In this document: piece by piece, positions 50,370 through 63,673 of the stretch
How positions within the stretch are numbered: the stretch's first letter is position 1
Layout: every line of letters starts with the position of its first letter
NCBI GenBank assembly: GCA_964016885.1
Contig: OZ024758.1
Coordinates: 14,694,001 to 14,758,000 of the forward strand
Direction: 5' to 3'
From: Eledone cirrhosa
Lineage: Eukaryota
Length of the DNA stretch: 64,000 bases
Notes under the pieces: generated by a model
The model's input: only the letters and a program-made list of their open reading frames with translations
Database searches by the model: none
What the model was told of the DNA's origin: nothing
Made by a program: the position numbers and the translations under genes

Positions 50370-52940
50370 ATAGTGCTGGTGCCATGAGAGAATGCACTTG
50401 GCACACTCTGTAAAGTTGTAGTGCTGGCACCATGAATAAATGCACCAGGTACACTCTGCAAAGTAGAAGTGCTGGTACCACGAATAAATGCACCAGGGAC
50501 ACTCTGTAAAGTAGTAGTGCTGGTGACAAGATAAAATGTATCCAGTACACACTGTAAAGTAGTAGTGCTGGTGACAAGATAAAATATATCCAGTACACCC
50601 TGTAAAGTAGTAGTGTGGTGACAAGATAAAATGCATCCAGTACACACTGTAAAGTAATAGTGCTGGTGACAAGATAAAATGTATCCAGTACACTCTGTAA
50701 AGTAGTAGTGTGGTGACAAGATAAAATGCATCCAGTACACACTGTAAAGTAATAGTGCTGGTGACAAGATAAAATGCATCCAGTACACTCTGTAAAATAG
50801 TAGTGCTGGTGACAAGATAAAATGCATCCAGTACACTCTATAAAGTAGTAGTGTGGTGACAAGATAAAATGCATCCAGTACACACTGTAAAGTAGTAGTG
50901 TGGTGACAAGATAAAATGCATCCAGTACACTCTATAAAGTAGTAGTGCTGGTGACAAGATAAAATGCATCCAGTACACTCTGTAAAATAGTAGTGTTGGT
51001 GACAAGATAAAATGTATCCAGTACACCCTGTAAAGTAGTAGTGCTGGTGACAAGATAAAATGCATCCAGTACACTCTGTAAAGTAGTAGTGTGGTCACAA
51101 GATAAAATGTATCCAGTACACTCTGTAAAGTAGTAGTGCTGGTGACAAGATAAAATATATTCAGTACACCCTGTAAAGTAGTAGTGCTGGTGACAAGATA
51201 AAATGTATCCAGTACACTCTGTAAAGTAGTAGTGCTGGTGACAAGATAAAATGTATCCAGTACACTCTGTAAAGTAGTAGTGCTGGTGACAAGATAAAAT
51301 GTATCCAGTACACTCTGTAAAGTAGTAGTGCTGGTGACAAGATAAAATGTATCCAGTACACTCTGTAAAGTAGTAGTGCTGGTGACAAGATAAAATATAT
51401 CCAGTACACCCTGTAAAGTAGTAGTGCTGGTGACAAGATAAAATGTATCCAGTACACTCTGTAAAGTAGTAGTGCTGGTGACAAGATAAAATGTATCCAG
51501 TACACTCTGTAAAATAGTAGTGCTGGTGACAAGATAAAATATATCCAGTACACTCTGTAAAGTAGTAGTGCTGGTGACAAGATAAAATGTATCCAGTACA
51601 CTCTGTAAAGTAGTAGTGCTGGTGACAAGATAAAATGTATCCAGTACACTCTGTAAAATAGTAGTGCTGGTGACAAGATAAAATATATCCAGTACACTCT
51701 GTAAAGTAGTAGTGCTGGTGACAAGATAAAATGTATCCAGTACACTCTGTAAAGTAGTAGTGCTGGTGACAAGATAAAATGTATCCAGTACACTCTGTAA
51801 AATAGTAGTGCTGGTGACAAGATAAAATATATCCAGTACACCCTGTAAAGTAGTAGTGTTGGTGACAAGATAAAATGTATCCAGTACACCCTGTAAAGTA
51901 GTAGTGCTGGTGACAAGATAAAATATATCCAGTACACCCTGTAAAGTAGTAGTGTTGGTGACAAGATAAAATGTATCCAGTACACTCTGTAAAATAGTAG
52001 TGCTGGTGACAAGATAAAATATATCCAGTACACCCTGTAAAGTAGTAGTGTTGGTGACAAGATAAAATGTATCCAGTACACTCTGTAAAGTAGTAGTGCT
52101 GGTGACAAGATAAAATATATCCAGTACACCCTGTAAAGTAGTAGTGTGGTGACAAGATAAAATGTATCCAGTACACCCTGTAAAGTAGTAGTGCTGGTGA
52201 CAAGATAAAATATATCCAGTACACCCTGTAAAGTAGTAGTGTTGGTGACAAGATAAAATGTATCCAGTACACTCTGTAAAATAGTAGTGCTGGTGACAAG
52301 ATAAAATGCATCCAGTACCCCCTGTAAAGTAGTAGTGCTGGTGACAAGATAAAATGCATCCAGTACCCCCTGTAAAGTAGGAGTGCTGGTGACAAGATAA
52401 AATGTATCCAGTACACTCTGTAAAATAGTAGTGCTGGTGACAAGATAAAATGCATCCAGTACACTCTGTAAAGCAGTAGTGTGGTGACAAGATAAAATGC
52501 ATCCAGTACACTCTGTAAAGTAGTAGTGCTGGTGACAAGATAAAATGCATCCAGTACACTCTGTAAAGCAGTAGTGCCAGTGCACCCAGCAAACTCTGTA
52601 AAGTAGCAATACACACTGTAATAAGATGTGCTCACTAAACTCTGTAAAATGGTAGTCCTGTTACCATAATAAAATGCACCCAGTACACTCTGTAAAATGG
52701 TAGTGCTGGTGCCATAATAAAATGCACTCGGTACAATTTGTAAAGAGGTTTGGTGGCACTTTACAATAAACTGCACCCAGTGCACTCTGTAAAATGGTAG
52801 TGCTGGTGCCATGAAAAAAAAATGTATCCAGTACATTCTGTAGTGATATTGCTAGTGTCAATATAAATAAAATGCACTCAGTGCCCTTTATAAAGAGGTG
52901 GTACTGTTGCCATGATAAAATGCTTCCAGTACACTCTGTT
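50370..52940. repeat. 48-bp minisatellite derived from a SINE segment
   Basis: Unit CCAGTACACTCTGTAAAGTAGTAGTGCTGGTGACAAGATAAAATGTAT; diverged edge copies match the SINE motif GCACCCAGTACACTCTGTAAAGTGG. Confidence 0.92.
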
Positions 52941-53212
52941 GGCAGCTAGTCTAATTTGAGATAATGACGACCATGTATCCTGTACTTGCTACAAACATGA
53001 AAAATACACAATATTAGTCATAAACTAATATTTATTTTCTCACTATATAACCTATTTCTAGTTTTAAATTTTATTAGTCTGTGTATTAACATGTTAACAC
53101 CTACTTACCTATTGTTTTTACATGCAGATAGTACCTAAGTCATTCGATTTCTAAACAATTCTCTAGTTCCACACCAACAAATACATATTTCTGATATTAT
53201 TGTTTAACCCCA

Positions 53213-53406
53213 GGGCGGTGGATTGGCAGTATCGGTAGATGGTCGGACGCCATGCTTTCCAGCATAGTTACGTCCCTTTACGATCTGAGTTCAAATCCCG
53301 CCGAGGTTGACTTTGCCTTTCATCCTTACGGGGTCGATAAAATAAAGTACCAGTAATGCACTGGGTAATTGCTGGCCTTGTGCCTAAAGTAGAAACAGTT
53401 ATTATT
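53213..53406 (+). mobile_element. Full-length family A SINE
   Basis: GGGCGGTGGATTGGCAGTATCGGTAG head through GTAGAAACAGTTATTAT tail; another copy at 57274-57454. Confidence 0.85.
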
Positions 53407-54376
53407 GTTTAAACCCAGGTCAGCCTTGATCAAAGACACTCCAAAGAGTTCCAGGTGTTAAGCTGTATAGACAATGGACAATGATTGCTGGTTGAAGAAA
53501 TGCCAGTAAATGCCAGTGGAAAGAAGCTACAGTAGAGGTAGACCAAGAAAGACCTGGGCAGAGGTTGTGAGAGCTGACCTCAAATCACTGAGACTAAGGA
53601 AACAATGTTTCCATTGGTCTTTCCATTGCTGATACTATCTACCTATCACAACACTTGGCAGAAGGAGCAACATGAAATAAAGTGTCTTGCTCAAGGACAT
53701 AATGCATTGCCCAGTTCAAGAATCCAACTCACAACCTCAGGATTGTAAATCCAATTCTCTAACCACCTAGCCACAAACCTTCATTATAAAGATACTATTA
53801 TATAAACATTTGAAATAACAAACCCATTTAAAGATATTGTCTGTTACATCAGTGAACGATGTTAAAAGTTAATTTATATTCAAATTAATGTGACTACTGC
53901 AATTAATTTCAAGATAAATTCTAATTAAAAAAATTCTTTTCTGCAAACAAAAGCCACACCCATTCTTTTATGATATGTATTTATTTTATTTAACCCTTTA
54001 ATGTTCAAACCAGTCAAAACCGGCCAGAATTCTCTACCCCTTTCTGTTGAAACTGGCTGTAACCGGTCGCTCAAACTGATAAGGTATTGTTCTCAAAATA
54101 AATACTTTCAAAATCTCATAGATTCGATATTATGTGAGATAATTATACGAGGTAAAGCCTTGACCATGAAAATATAATAGTATATATAGAGTAATGTAAA
54201 TGTTAAAGGGTTAAGTCAGTCCTGATCCAGCTAACCTGTATCTAAGCCATTCCACCAAAACCTACTTGTCTTTGTGTCACAGATCTATTATAAGACTTAG
54301 GTATTTGATCCAAGCCTTCCTTTTCACCACCAACCAAGTAATTTATCAAACATTGGGACATGAATATAACTAAGAA

Positions 54377-54422
<46 letters not shown>

Positions 54423-55412
54423 TGCGTGTGTGCGTGTGTGCGCGCGTGCGTGTGCGCGTGCGCGTGTGTGAGAAATGGTGTGTGTGTGTGTGAGAAATGG
54501 TGTGTGTGTGGGTGAGAAATGGTGAGTGTGTGAGAAATGGTGTGTGTGTGTCTGAGAAATGGTGTGTGTGTGGGTGAGAAATGGTGTGTGTGTGAGTGAG
54601 AAATGGTGTGTGTGTGAGTGAGAAATGGTGTGTGTGTGAGTGAGAAATGGTGTGTGTGTGAGTGAGAAATGGTGTGTGTGTGAGTTGCTGTGTGTGAGAA
54701 ATGGTGTGTGTGTGAGTTGCTGTGTGTGTGTGAGTTGTTGTGTGTACGTAGTTGCGTGTGTATGTGTTTGTAATTGTTTGTGTGTATGTAGTTGTGTGTG
54801 TGTCTGTAGTTGTGTGTGTGTCTGTGTCTGTAGTTGTGTGTGTGTGTGTGTCTGTAGTTGTGTGTGTGTGTGTGTCTGTAGTTGTGTGTGTGTGTGTGTC
54901 TGTAGTTGTGTGTGTGTGTGTGTCTGTAGTTGTGTGTGTGTGTGTGTGTCTGTAGTTGTGTGTGTGTGTGTGTGTCTGTAGTTGTGTGTGTGTGTCTGTA
55001 GTTGTGTGTGTGTGTCTGTAGTTGTGTGTGTGTGTCTGTAGTTGTGTGTGTGTGTCTGTAGTTGTGTGTGCGTGTCTGTAGTTGTGTGTGCGTGTCTGTA
55101 GTTGTGTTTGCGTGTCTGTAGTTGTGTGTGTCTGTAGTTGTGTGTGTGTCTGTCTGTAGTTGTGTGTGTCTGTAGTTGTGTGTGTGTGTGTCTGTAGTTG
55201 TGTGTGTGTCTGTCTGTAGTTGTGTGTGTGTGTGTCTGTAGTTGTGTGTGTGTGTGTGTGTGTCTGTAGTTGTGTGTGTGTGTGTCTGTAGTTGTGTGTG
55301 TGTGTGTGTGTGTCTGTAGTTGTGTGTGTGTGTGTGTGTGTCTGTAGTTGTGTGTGTGTCTGTAGTTGTGTCTGTAGTTGTGTGTGTGTGTCTGTAGTTG
55401 TGTGTGTGTGTT
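54377..55412. repeat. (TG)n-derived compound repeat
   Basis: (TG)n interspersed with GAGAAATGG and then TCTGTAGT motifs. Confidence 0.9.
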
Positions 55413-55797
55413 CATATATATGTTATTCAGTGTTACTCTAATTTAAAACTTGTAATACTTCCTCCCAATAAACTGGCAAATATTGAACAAGACACAGAGA
55501 TATGGTTGGGTGTATCTATCAACTGAATACATACATATTCTACATCTAGGATATAATAGAAAGGTTAGTCACAACTGGATTGTCTTTGGTCATAGGTCTG
55601 TTGACTCAGTGACTCTCAGTGTTGGCTTGGTCCTAAACAACAACTTAGAGAAGAGACAGTATGTCGAGACATATTCCACATGGCTTCGTAGCTAGACTGT
55701 TGGGCTAGCAATCATGAGATTGTGAATTCAATTCCTAGACCAAGAGATTTTATTTCACACAGCTCCAGTTCACACATCTGGAAAAAATGAGTCACGA

Positions 55798-56119
55798 CAT
55801 CACTTGCAGGGCGGTACAAGACCCCTTTGGAGCCTAAAGAAGGCATCATTGCAAGGCAGTACAAGACCCCTTTGGAGCCTAAAGAAGGCATCACTTGCAA
55901 GGCGGTACAAGACCCCTTTGGAGCCTAAAGAAGGCATCACTTGCAAGGCGGTACAAGACCCCTTTGGAGCCTAAAGAAGGCATCACTTGCAAGGCGGTAC
56001 AAGACCCCTTTGGAGCCTAAAGAAGGCATCACTTGCAAGGCGGTACAAGACCCCTTTGGAGCCTAAAGAAGGCATCACTTGCAAGGCGGTACAAGACCCC
56101 TTTGGAGCCTAAAGAAGGC
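55798..56119. repeat. 46-bp minisatellite, about 7 copies
   Basis: Unit CATCACTTGCAAGGCGGTACAAGACCCCTTTGGAGCCTAAAGAAGG. Confidence 0.95.
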
Positions 56120-57449
56120 AAAGATTTTTCTCAAAATGGATGTTGCATGGTTGCTATGGGGCCTTCTTAACTCTTGGGCCTCCCTCTCATAGGCCCTGAT
56201 CACTGGTACCAAGCTGAACCAGTACTTGCCTTTTCCTGATGATGATGAACATTGGTAGCATGGAAAGGAGAGACTGGTATTCATAGACAACTGCTATGTC
56301 ATCAACAAAAACACCTTACTTCGGAGAGGAATTTTCTAGATGCAAACCCATCATCAGCTATGACTGAAGTGGGCCTCCTACTCTTAAATAGTTGAGATAC
56401 AGGGTCAAAATTCACCATTTTGATACCAACCCAAAAAGTTCTGAAATCATACTTCTAATAGACAACACCGTTTATAATTTTTAAATAATTTTGAAAATAA
56501 TCAAGAATTTAGAAAGATTTAGTAATATAACTAACTTTTTTTATCATTAATTTGGTGTTTGGAACATAGTTTAATGATTTATACATAAATTTATGATAGA
56601 GGCCTTTTAGATAACAGTTTCTTCTAAAGTATTAATATCTATGTATCAAAACCAACAGGGGTTTTAAATGGCTTGGTATCAAAAGGGTTAAAAGAAATTT
56701 GGTTGCTATTTCTAGCTGGTTCAGAGACTACATAGAGGCTCCTTTGTTGGCTTCTCTACTCAAATTATTAAAAGTGGATACAAAAAAAAAAAAGAAAAAC
56801 AGCCAAAAAACAGAAAGCAGCATTTCTCCACGTCTTATATAATCCTACTTAGTGCAAACTTTATCCTCACAAATAAAAAGAAAAAGTAAGAAATCTAGAA
56901 AAATAAAACAAAATATATTTGAAAGTTTTTCCATATAGTTAGTAGTTTATTTTGGGGAAATTTTCTAATATTACAAAAAAAAAAAAAAAATAAATAAATA
57001 AATAAATAAAAATAATAATAAAAAAATAATAAAAAATACAAAAATATAATAAAAAGAAAAAACGAAAAAAAAACGTGGTACACATAAATGTAATTAAATA
57101 AAGTGTTTATATATAATAGAGTGGATGATTTAGTGGTTAGCTCTGCAAAACTAGAGTTCCAGCCAACCAATACATTTATGACATAATAAATATGGCTGCT
57201 ACATATATCAAGTCACTTCATTCATTTAATGTTTGCTGTGATTTCTATACCTACTCATCATTACCATACACACTGGCAGTATCGGTAGAGGGTCGGACGC
57301 CATGCTTTGATGCATAGAGTTACGGCCCTTTCCAATCTGAGTTCAAATCCCGCCGAGGTTAACTTTGTCTTTCATCCTTACGGGGGTCGATAAAATAAAG
57401 TACCAGTAATGCACTGAGGTAATTGTGACCTTGTGCCAAATGTAGAAAC

Positions 57450-57499
<50 letters not shown>

Positions 57500-57569
57500 A
57501 TTAGAATACTGGAGCGTGTTGGAATTAAACACCCTATATCTGCCGATATTACTTCTTGTTGTTTTGATT

Positions 57570-57607
57570 GCCCTGATGAGTCCTTAATAGGACGAAACAT
57601 TGTCGGC
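57570..57607 (+). ncRNA. Type I minimal hammerhead ribozyme
   Basis: GCC-CTGATGA-GTCCT(TAAT)AGGAC-GAAA-C(ATT)G-TC-GGC: canonical core, perfect 5-bp stem II, GUC cleavage triplet at 57602-57604. Confidence 0.8.
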
Positions 57608-57652
57608 TAATAAAAACTTTTGATGTATTAAAGGATTCTTTGTTTTACTCTC

Positions 57653-57721
<69 letters not shown>

Positions 57722-57800
57722 AAAGGGTGTCCCCCAAAAATGTATACATAAATTATCAGAATGCGGTTGTAGTGTATACATTTTTGAGGGACCGCCTGTA
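57722..57800. mobile_element. Short Tc1/mariner-like MITE
   Basis: AGGGTGTCCCCCAAAAATGTATACA and TGTATACATTTTTGAGGGACCGCCTG inverted ends in TA context. Confidence 0.6.
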
Positions 57801-58503
57801 TAAATATGTATCAAACCAAGCCAAAAGATGGATGATACGAACAAGACAGTCACATGATCTGTCAAGCTTCATCTTAAATGACTTCTGATCTTCTAACCCA
57901 TGCAAGCATGGAAAATAGGCGTTATACATTATATATATGTGTGTGTGCACAAACATACCACATACATACATACAGGCATACATATACATTTATACACACA
58001 TACACACATACATTTATACACACACACACACACATATACATTTATACACACACACACACATTTATACACACACACACACACATACATTTATACACACACA
58101 CACACATTTATACACACACACACACACATATACATTTATACACACACACACACATTTATACACACACACACACATACATTTATACACACACACACACATT
58201 TATACACACACACACACATACATTTATACACACACACACACATACATTTATACACACACACATACATTTATACACACACACACACACATTTATACACACA
58301 TACATTTATACATTTATACACACACACATATATATACATTTATACACACATATATATATACATTTATACACACACATATATATACATTTATACACACACA
58401 TATATACATTTATACACACACACATATACATTTATACACACACACATACATTTATACACACACACATATATACATTTATACACACACACATATATACATT
58501 TAT

Positions 58504-58550
<47 letters not shown>

Positions 58551-59047
58551 CATACATACATACATCATCATCGTTTAACGTCCATCTTCCACGCAAGCAT
58601 GGGTTAGACGGTAGTTGTCCCAATTTGTGGCATGGTTGGTCGGGTGACCGTGTCTCGCTCGTAAAGGACTATCTGGCAGGTTTTCTACGGCTGGATGCCC
58701 TTCCTAACACCAACCACATTTACAGTGTGGACTGGGAACTTTTTACTGTGTTACCTACATGGCCACATTATAGAGTGGACCGTGTTTTTTTGTGACACCT
58801 TCACGATCCCTATCTCATATATATATATATAGATATATGATTTTATTTTGAGTTAAGATTGTACTGCTTTTCCCCAACTTACACAAAGTCTGAGGATAAA
58901 GTTTTTCTTCTTGATTTGTTTTAAATTAAGATTGTATTACTTTTCCCTCATCTTACATTAAATATTTTTTCATCTTGATGGTATAGTCACTTATATGCCT
59001 GAATTATTGTTGGCTTCTTGCTTACATTAATTTCTCTATTTCCATTT

Positions 59048-59133
<86 letters not shown>

Positions 59134-59134
<1 letters not shown>

Positions 59135-59472
59135 GGAGGCACATGGCTTAGTGGTTAGAGCATTGGGCTTGCAATCGAAAGGTTGTGAGTTCAATTCTCA
59201 GACCGGGTGATGTGTTGTTTCCTTGAGCAAGACACTTTATTTCACATTGCTCCAGTTTACTCAGCTGTAGAAATGAGATGATAGGGACTGGGGTCCATAT
59301 CATTCCACTGCAAAGTGGTCGTGGAGGTGCCATGGCAAAAAAAAAAGCACCCAGCACTCACTGTAAATGAGGTTGATGTTAGGAAGGGCATCCAGCTGTA
59401 GAAATCAAGCCACAATCAGTTCCCGTCCCACCCTTGCAAGCAGGGAAAAAGCGGACGTAAAGTGATGATGAT
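59134..59472 (+). mobile_element. Composite SINE (copy of 35568-35907)
   Basis: Near-identical sequence along its length. Confidence 0.8.
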
Positions 59473-60577
59473 ATATATACATACATACATACATATATAT
59501 ATACACACACACACACATATATAAATATATAAAGTATATGAAGTATACATGCATACATGATATACATACTTTACAAATGCAACACGCCAACAAAGATATG
59601 CAGCAAACAAATTGCAGTCATAACACATACATGCACACACACACACACGTGTGCATGTGTACATACACACATACATATACATTTATATACACACACACAT
59701 ATATACACACACGTGTGTGTATACATACACGCATACATATACATGCAGTCATACATATACATACACATTTATACACACACATACACATATATATATATAT
59801 ATACACACACAATACTTTATATATATATAAATATATATGAAGTATATATACATATATATATATATATCATACATGCATACACAGTATACATACTTCACAA
59901 ATGCAACAAGCCACCAAAGATATGCAGCAAATACATAACAAATATACATGCATGCTTCTACACACACACACACAGAGGGGAGATTGTAAGATATCAACTG
60001 CCTTAAAGTTAATCAAAAGCTTAACTGTTGGCTATGTTTGAGTAAGCTTTTAGTTATGTCCTATTTTTGACAAACGGGTTGGTTGGTTACTTATGTTGTA
60101 AAAAAGAATGACTGGACTAACACCTAATTCTCATTAATATCTGACACTTAAGACTGACCTCTTTAATTCAATGTAAACACACACTGAGGAAGCCATTATT
60201 TTCTTTGCACCAAAAATTTATTTGGAAGATTAAATAATAAACCTTTTTGATGCCAAACTTCCTACCCACCAAACAATACACTACTATATTTTTATTTCTT
60301 CTTTTTTCAATGTGTTTATATTTATCTAAGAACATTCAATCCTTTGTTAAGTTATGTTCCAAAATAAAAAAGAATGAAAAGAAGATATGTTACATTAACT
60401 AATCTTTTCAAATTCTTGATTTTCAAAATTATTTGAAAATCAGATCCAATGTCTTTTATTAGAGATATGATAACAAAGAGGTTAAAACCACAGAAATGGC
60501 AAGACAAAAAATATGCACATAAATAGCTAAGTTTCTTAGTCTAACCCTGCATTTATATGAAACATATACTACCAGAA

Positions 60578-60636
<59 letters not shown>

Positions 60637-60699
60637 AAAAACTTCACATTTTACTATTTATATACATATGGACATGTCCTCTGCCTACTGCCAGATCAT

Positions 60700-60895
60700 C
60701 CTACCAGGGCCTTTCTCTCATTTGACGCTGTAGAGGTGGACTGAAGAGGCCCCACAGCAGGCTCTACACCAGATGGCTGGTTAAGGAAGATCTCCAGAGG
60801 CTCAACGTTACCTTGGAGGATGCAGAGGGACTGGCACAGGACCACCAGTGATTGAGGGCGCTTGTGGACCTGGTCGGCTCTACACATGATGATGC
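60700..60895 (+). mobile_element. Degraded RTE-like LINE 3' fragment
   Basis: KEDLQRLNVTLEDAEGLAQDHQ*LRALV resembles RTE ORF ends; short (GAT)n tail. Confidence 0.45.
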
Positions 60896-61280
60896 CTCTG
60901 GAACTAGTAACCAGAATGACCCCAGTCCCATTGAGCAAGAGTGATAGATAGTTAGATGGATATAAAAATCAAATGAAATTTACAGCTCACTTTTAAGACC
61001 CTGCACTTAAAACATTCTTGAAAAGCACAAAACTGCATCACTACAACTGCATAATAAAAATAAAGATTTTACTCTAATACTGCAGATTTCCACATGAAAA
61101 TCAATGTGGAATGAAGTGTCTTTCTCAAGAACACTATGCACTGTCTCGTTCAGGAATCGAACCTTCAACCTTATAATCAAGAGTCCAACACATTAACCAC
61201 TGAACTACACACCTTCACACATGGGTATAAAGATTATAAACTTAAAATTTGAAATGCTATCAGGGCAAAATTAGCTACCT

Positions 61281-62134
61281 GCAGTGAAGACTTCCAGGGG
61301 TCTTGTCAAACCTATAGCAGTAAAAACTTCCAGGGGTCTTGTCAAACCTATAGCAGTGAAGATTTCCAGGGCTCTTGTCAAACCTATAACAGTGAAGACT
61401 TCCAGGGATCTTGTCAAACCTATAGCAGTGAAGACTTCCAGGGATCTTGTCAAACCTATAGCAGTGAAGACTTCCAGGGATCTTGTCAAACCTATAGCAG
61501 TGAAGCCTTCCAAGGGTCTTGTCAAACCTATAACAGTAAAGACTTCCAGGGGTCTTGTCAAACCTATAGCAGTAAAGACTTCCAGGGGTCTTGTCAAACC
61601 TATAACAGTAAAGACTTCCAGGGGTCTTGTCAAACCTATAACAGTAAAGACTTCCAGGGGTCTTGTCAAACCTATAACAGTAAAGACTTCCAGGGGTCTT
61701 GTCAAACCTATAACAGTAAAGACTTCCAGGGGTCTTGTCAAACCTATAGCAGTAAAGACTTTCAGGGGTCTTGTCAAACCTATAGCAGTGAAGACTTCCA
61801 GGGGTCTTGTCAAACCTATAACAGTAAAGACTTTCAGGGGTCTTGTCAAACCTATAACAGTAAAGACTTTCAGGGGTCTTGTCAAACCTATAGCAGTAAA
61901 AACTTCCAGGGGTCTTGTCAAACCTATAACAGTGAAGACTTCCAGGGGTCTTGTCAAACCTATAACAGTAAAGACTTCCAGGGGTCTTGTCAAACCTATA
62001 ACAGTAAAGACTTTCAGGGGTCTTGTCAAACCTATAACAGTAAAGACTTCCAGGGGTCTTGTCAAACCTATAACAGTAAAGACTTCCAGGGGTCTTGTCA
62101 AACCTATAGCAGTGAAGACTTCCAGGGGTCTTGT
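61281..62134. repeat. 36-bp minisatellite, about 23 copies
   Basis: Unit GCAGTGAAGACTTCCAGGGGTCTTGTCAAACCTATA. Confidence 0.95.
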
Positions 62135-62799
62135 TCCTCCATCCCTACCACATCCCTACTCACTGTTATCAGGACAGAAACAGCTACCTGCAAGAGCAAG
62201 CACTGTGAGGTGGAGCAGCTGTTCTAGCATGTCTCCCTTGCCATCCCCCAGGGTAATGTCTTCTCCATCCCGTCCACTGGGACCATGAGCCAGACTGATA
62301 CTTAAACAGTGATTGGTATATATATACACAGATGACATTCTATAAATAGGTTATGATGTAATTACCAGCAGAGAGAGAGGGGGGGAGAAAAGAAGAGGAT
62401 AGATGAAGAGAGAGGGAGAGGGAGAGAGGGAGGGAGGGAGAAAGGAGAGGGAGGGAGGGAGAAAGGAGAGGGAGGGAGGGAGAAAGGAGAGAGAGAAAGA
62501 AGAGAGAGAGGGATAGAAAGGAGAGAGGGGGAGAGAAAGGAGAGAGGGGGAGAGAAAAAGGAGAGAGAGAGGGGAGAGAAAAAGGAGAGAGAGAGAAAGG
62601 ATAGGGGGGGGGGGAGATAGGGAGAGTTAAAGGAGAGGGAGAGAGATGGAGAGAGAGAGAGAGAGAGAGACAGAGAGAGACAGAGACAGACAGAGAGAGA
62701 GAGAGAGTGAGAGAGAGAAAAGCAGGAAAAAATGTAGTTGAAAACTAAGAATGAAAAACCAATAGAAATGAAGAGACCAAATACAGACATAGCTTTGTG

Positions 62800-62966
62800 T
62801 CCCTACACCTCACTGTAAGACGTGATTATACCACCTCTCCCTACACCTCACTGTAAGACGTGATTATACCACCTCTCCCTACACCTCACTGTAAGACGTG
62901 ATTATACCACCTCTCCCTACACCTCACTGTAAGACGTGATTATACCACCTCTCCCTACACCTCACT
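62800..62966. repeat. 38-bp tandem repeat, about 4 copies
   Basis: Unit CCCTACACCTCACTGTAAGACGTGATTATACCACCTCT. Confidence 0.9.
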
Positions 62967-63156
62967 CCTGCTACTCTTTCATAAAGGTAGTGGAAGAAAA
63001 TAGGTGGCTAGGTCAAGTTTGTTATATAAAATTGCACCCTCCTATTATGTACACACACATACACTCCTATGGTATTACCTTATTGAGTGCTTTGCTAACT
63101 CATTCCTATTGTAGGTCGACTTTGCTTGCCCACAGCTTCGATTTTACTAAGCTTGC

Positions 63157-63206
<50 letters not shown>

Positions 63207-63262
63207 GTGAGGTTTTTTTTTTTAAATGAAAAATAACCGAGGTGTCCTACACGAGTGAAAGT

Positions 63263-63536
63263 ATAAAGAAAAAAAGATGAAATCGAAAATGCAACTGGAG
63301 TCTTATTTAAAAAAAAAATATATATATTTATTTGGTTCCTTTACCAGTTTCACAGTTCTTCTGCTTTTCAAAAATAGAGTTGAGATGGAGGGTCTGTGGT
63401 TTTTCTCACAGACCCTCCATCTCAACTCTACTTTTGAAAAGCAGAAGAACTGTGAAACCGGTAAAGGAACCAAATAAATATATATATTTTTTTTAAAAAT
63501 AAGACTCCAGTTGCATTTTCGATTTCATCTTTTTTT

Positions 63537-63543
<7 letters not shown>
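63263..63543. repeat. About 280-bp fold-back palindrome
   Basis: Arms of about 135 bp (GATGAAATCGAAAATGCAACTGGAGTC...GAGGGTCTGTG / CACAGACCCTC...GACTCCAGTTGCATTTTCGATTTCATC) with an 8-nt loop and a few mismatches. Confidence 0.9.
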
Positions 63544-63570
<27 letters not shown>

Positions 63571-63615
63571 AAATAACAGCAGGCTGGTCTTGTGTAAATC
63601 CTTGAAAGGTTTATT

Positions 63616-63673
63616 ATACTATGATCATTTCAATGACCGGGTTCCGTATGAATCCGGTGATATCATCAGGTAT
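63616..63673 (-). ncRNA. Type I minimal hammerhead ribozyme motif
   Basis: Minus strand: ATAC-CTGATGA-TATCACCGG/CCGGTCATT-GAAA-T(GATC)A-TA-GTAT; palindromic loop III; base of stem II mismatched. Confidence 0.6.

Noticed and set aside
50838-52836. Long Cys/His/Tyr-rich repetitive ORFs
   Set aside because: Produced by the 48-bp SINE-derived tandem repeat; open in several frames because the unit length is a multiple of 3
61271-62288. 12-aa repeat proteins on both strands
   Set aside because: 36-bp minisatellite; frames are open by arithmetic
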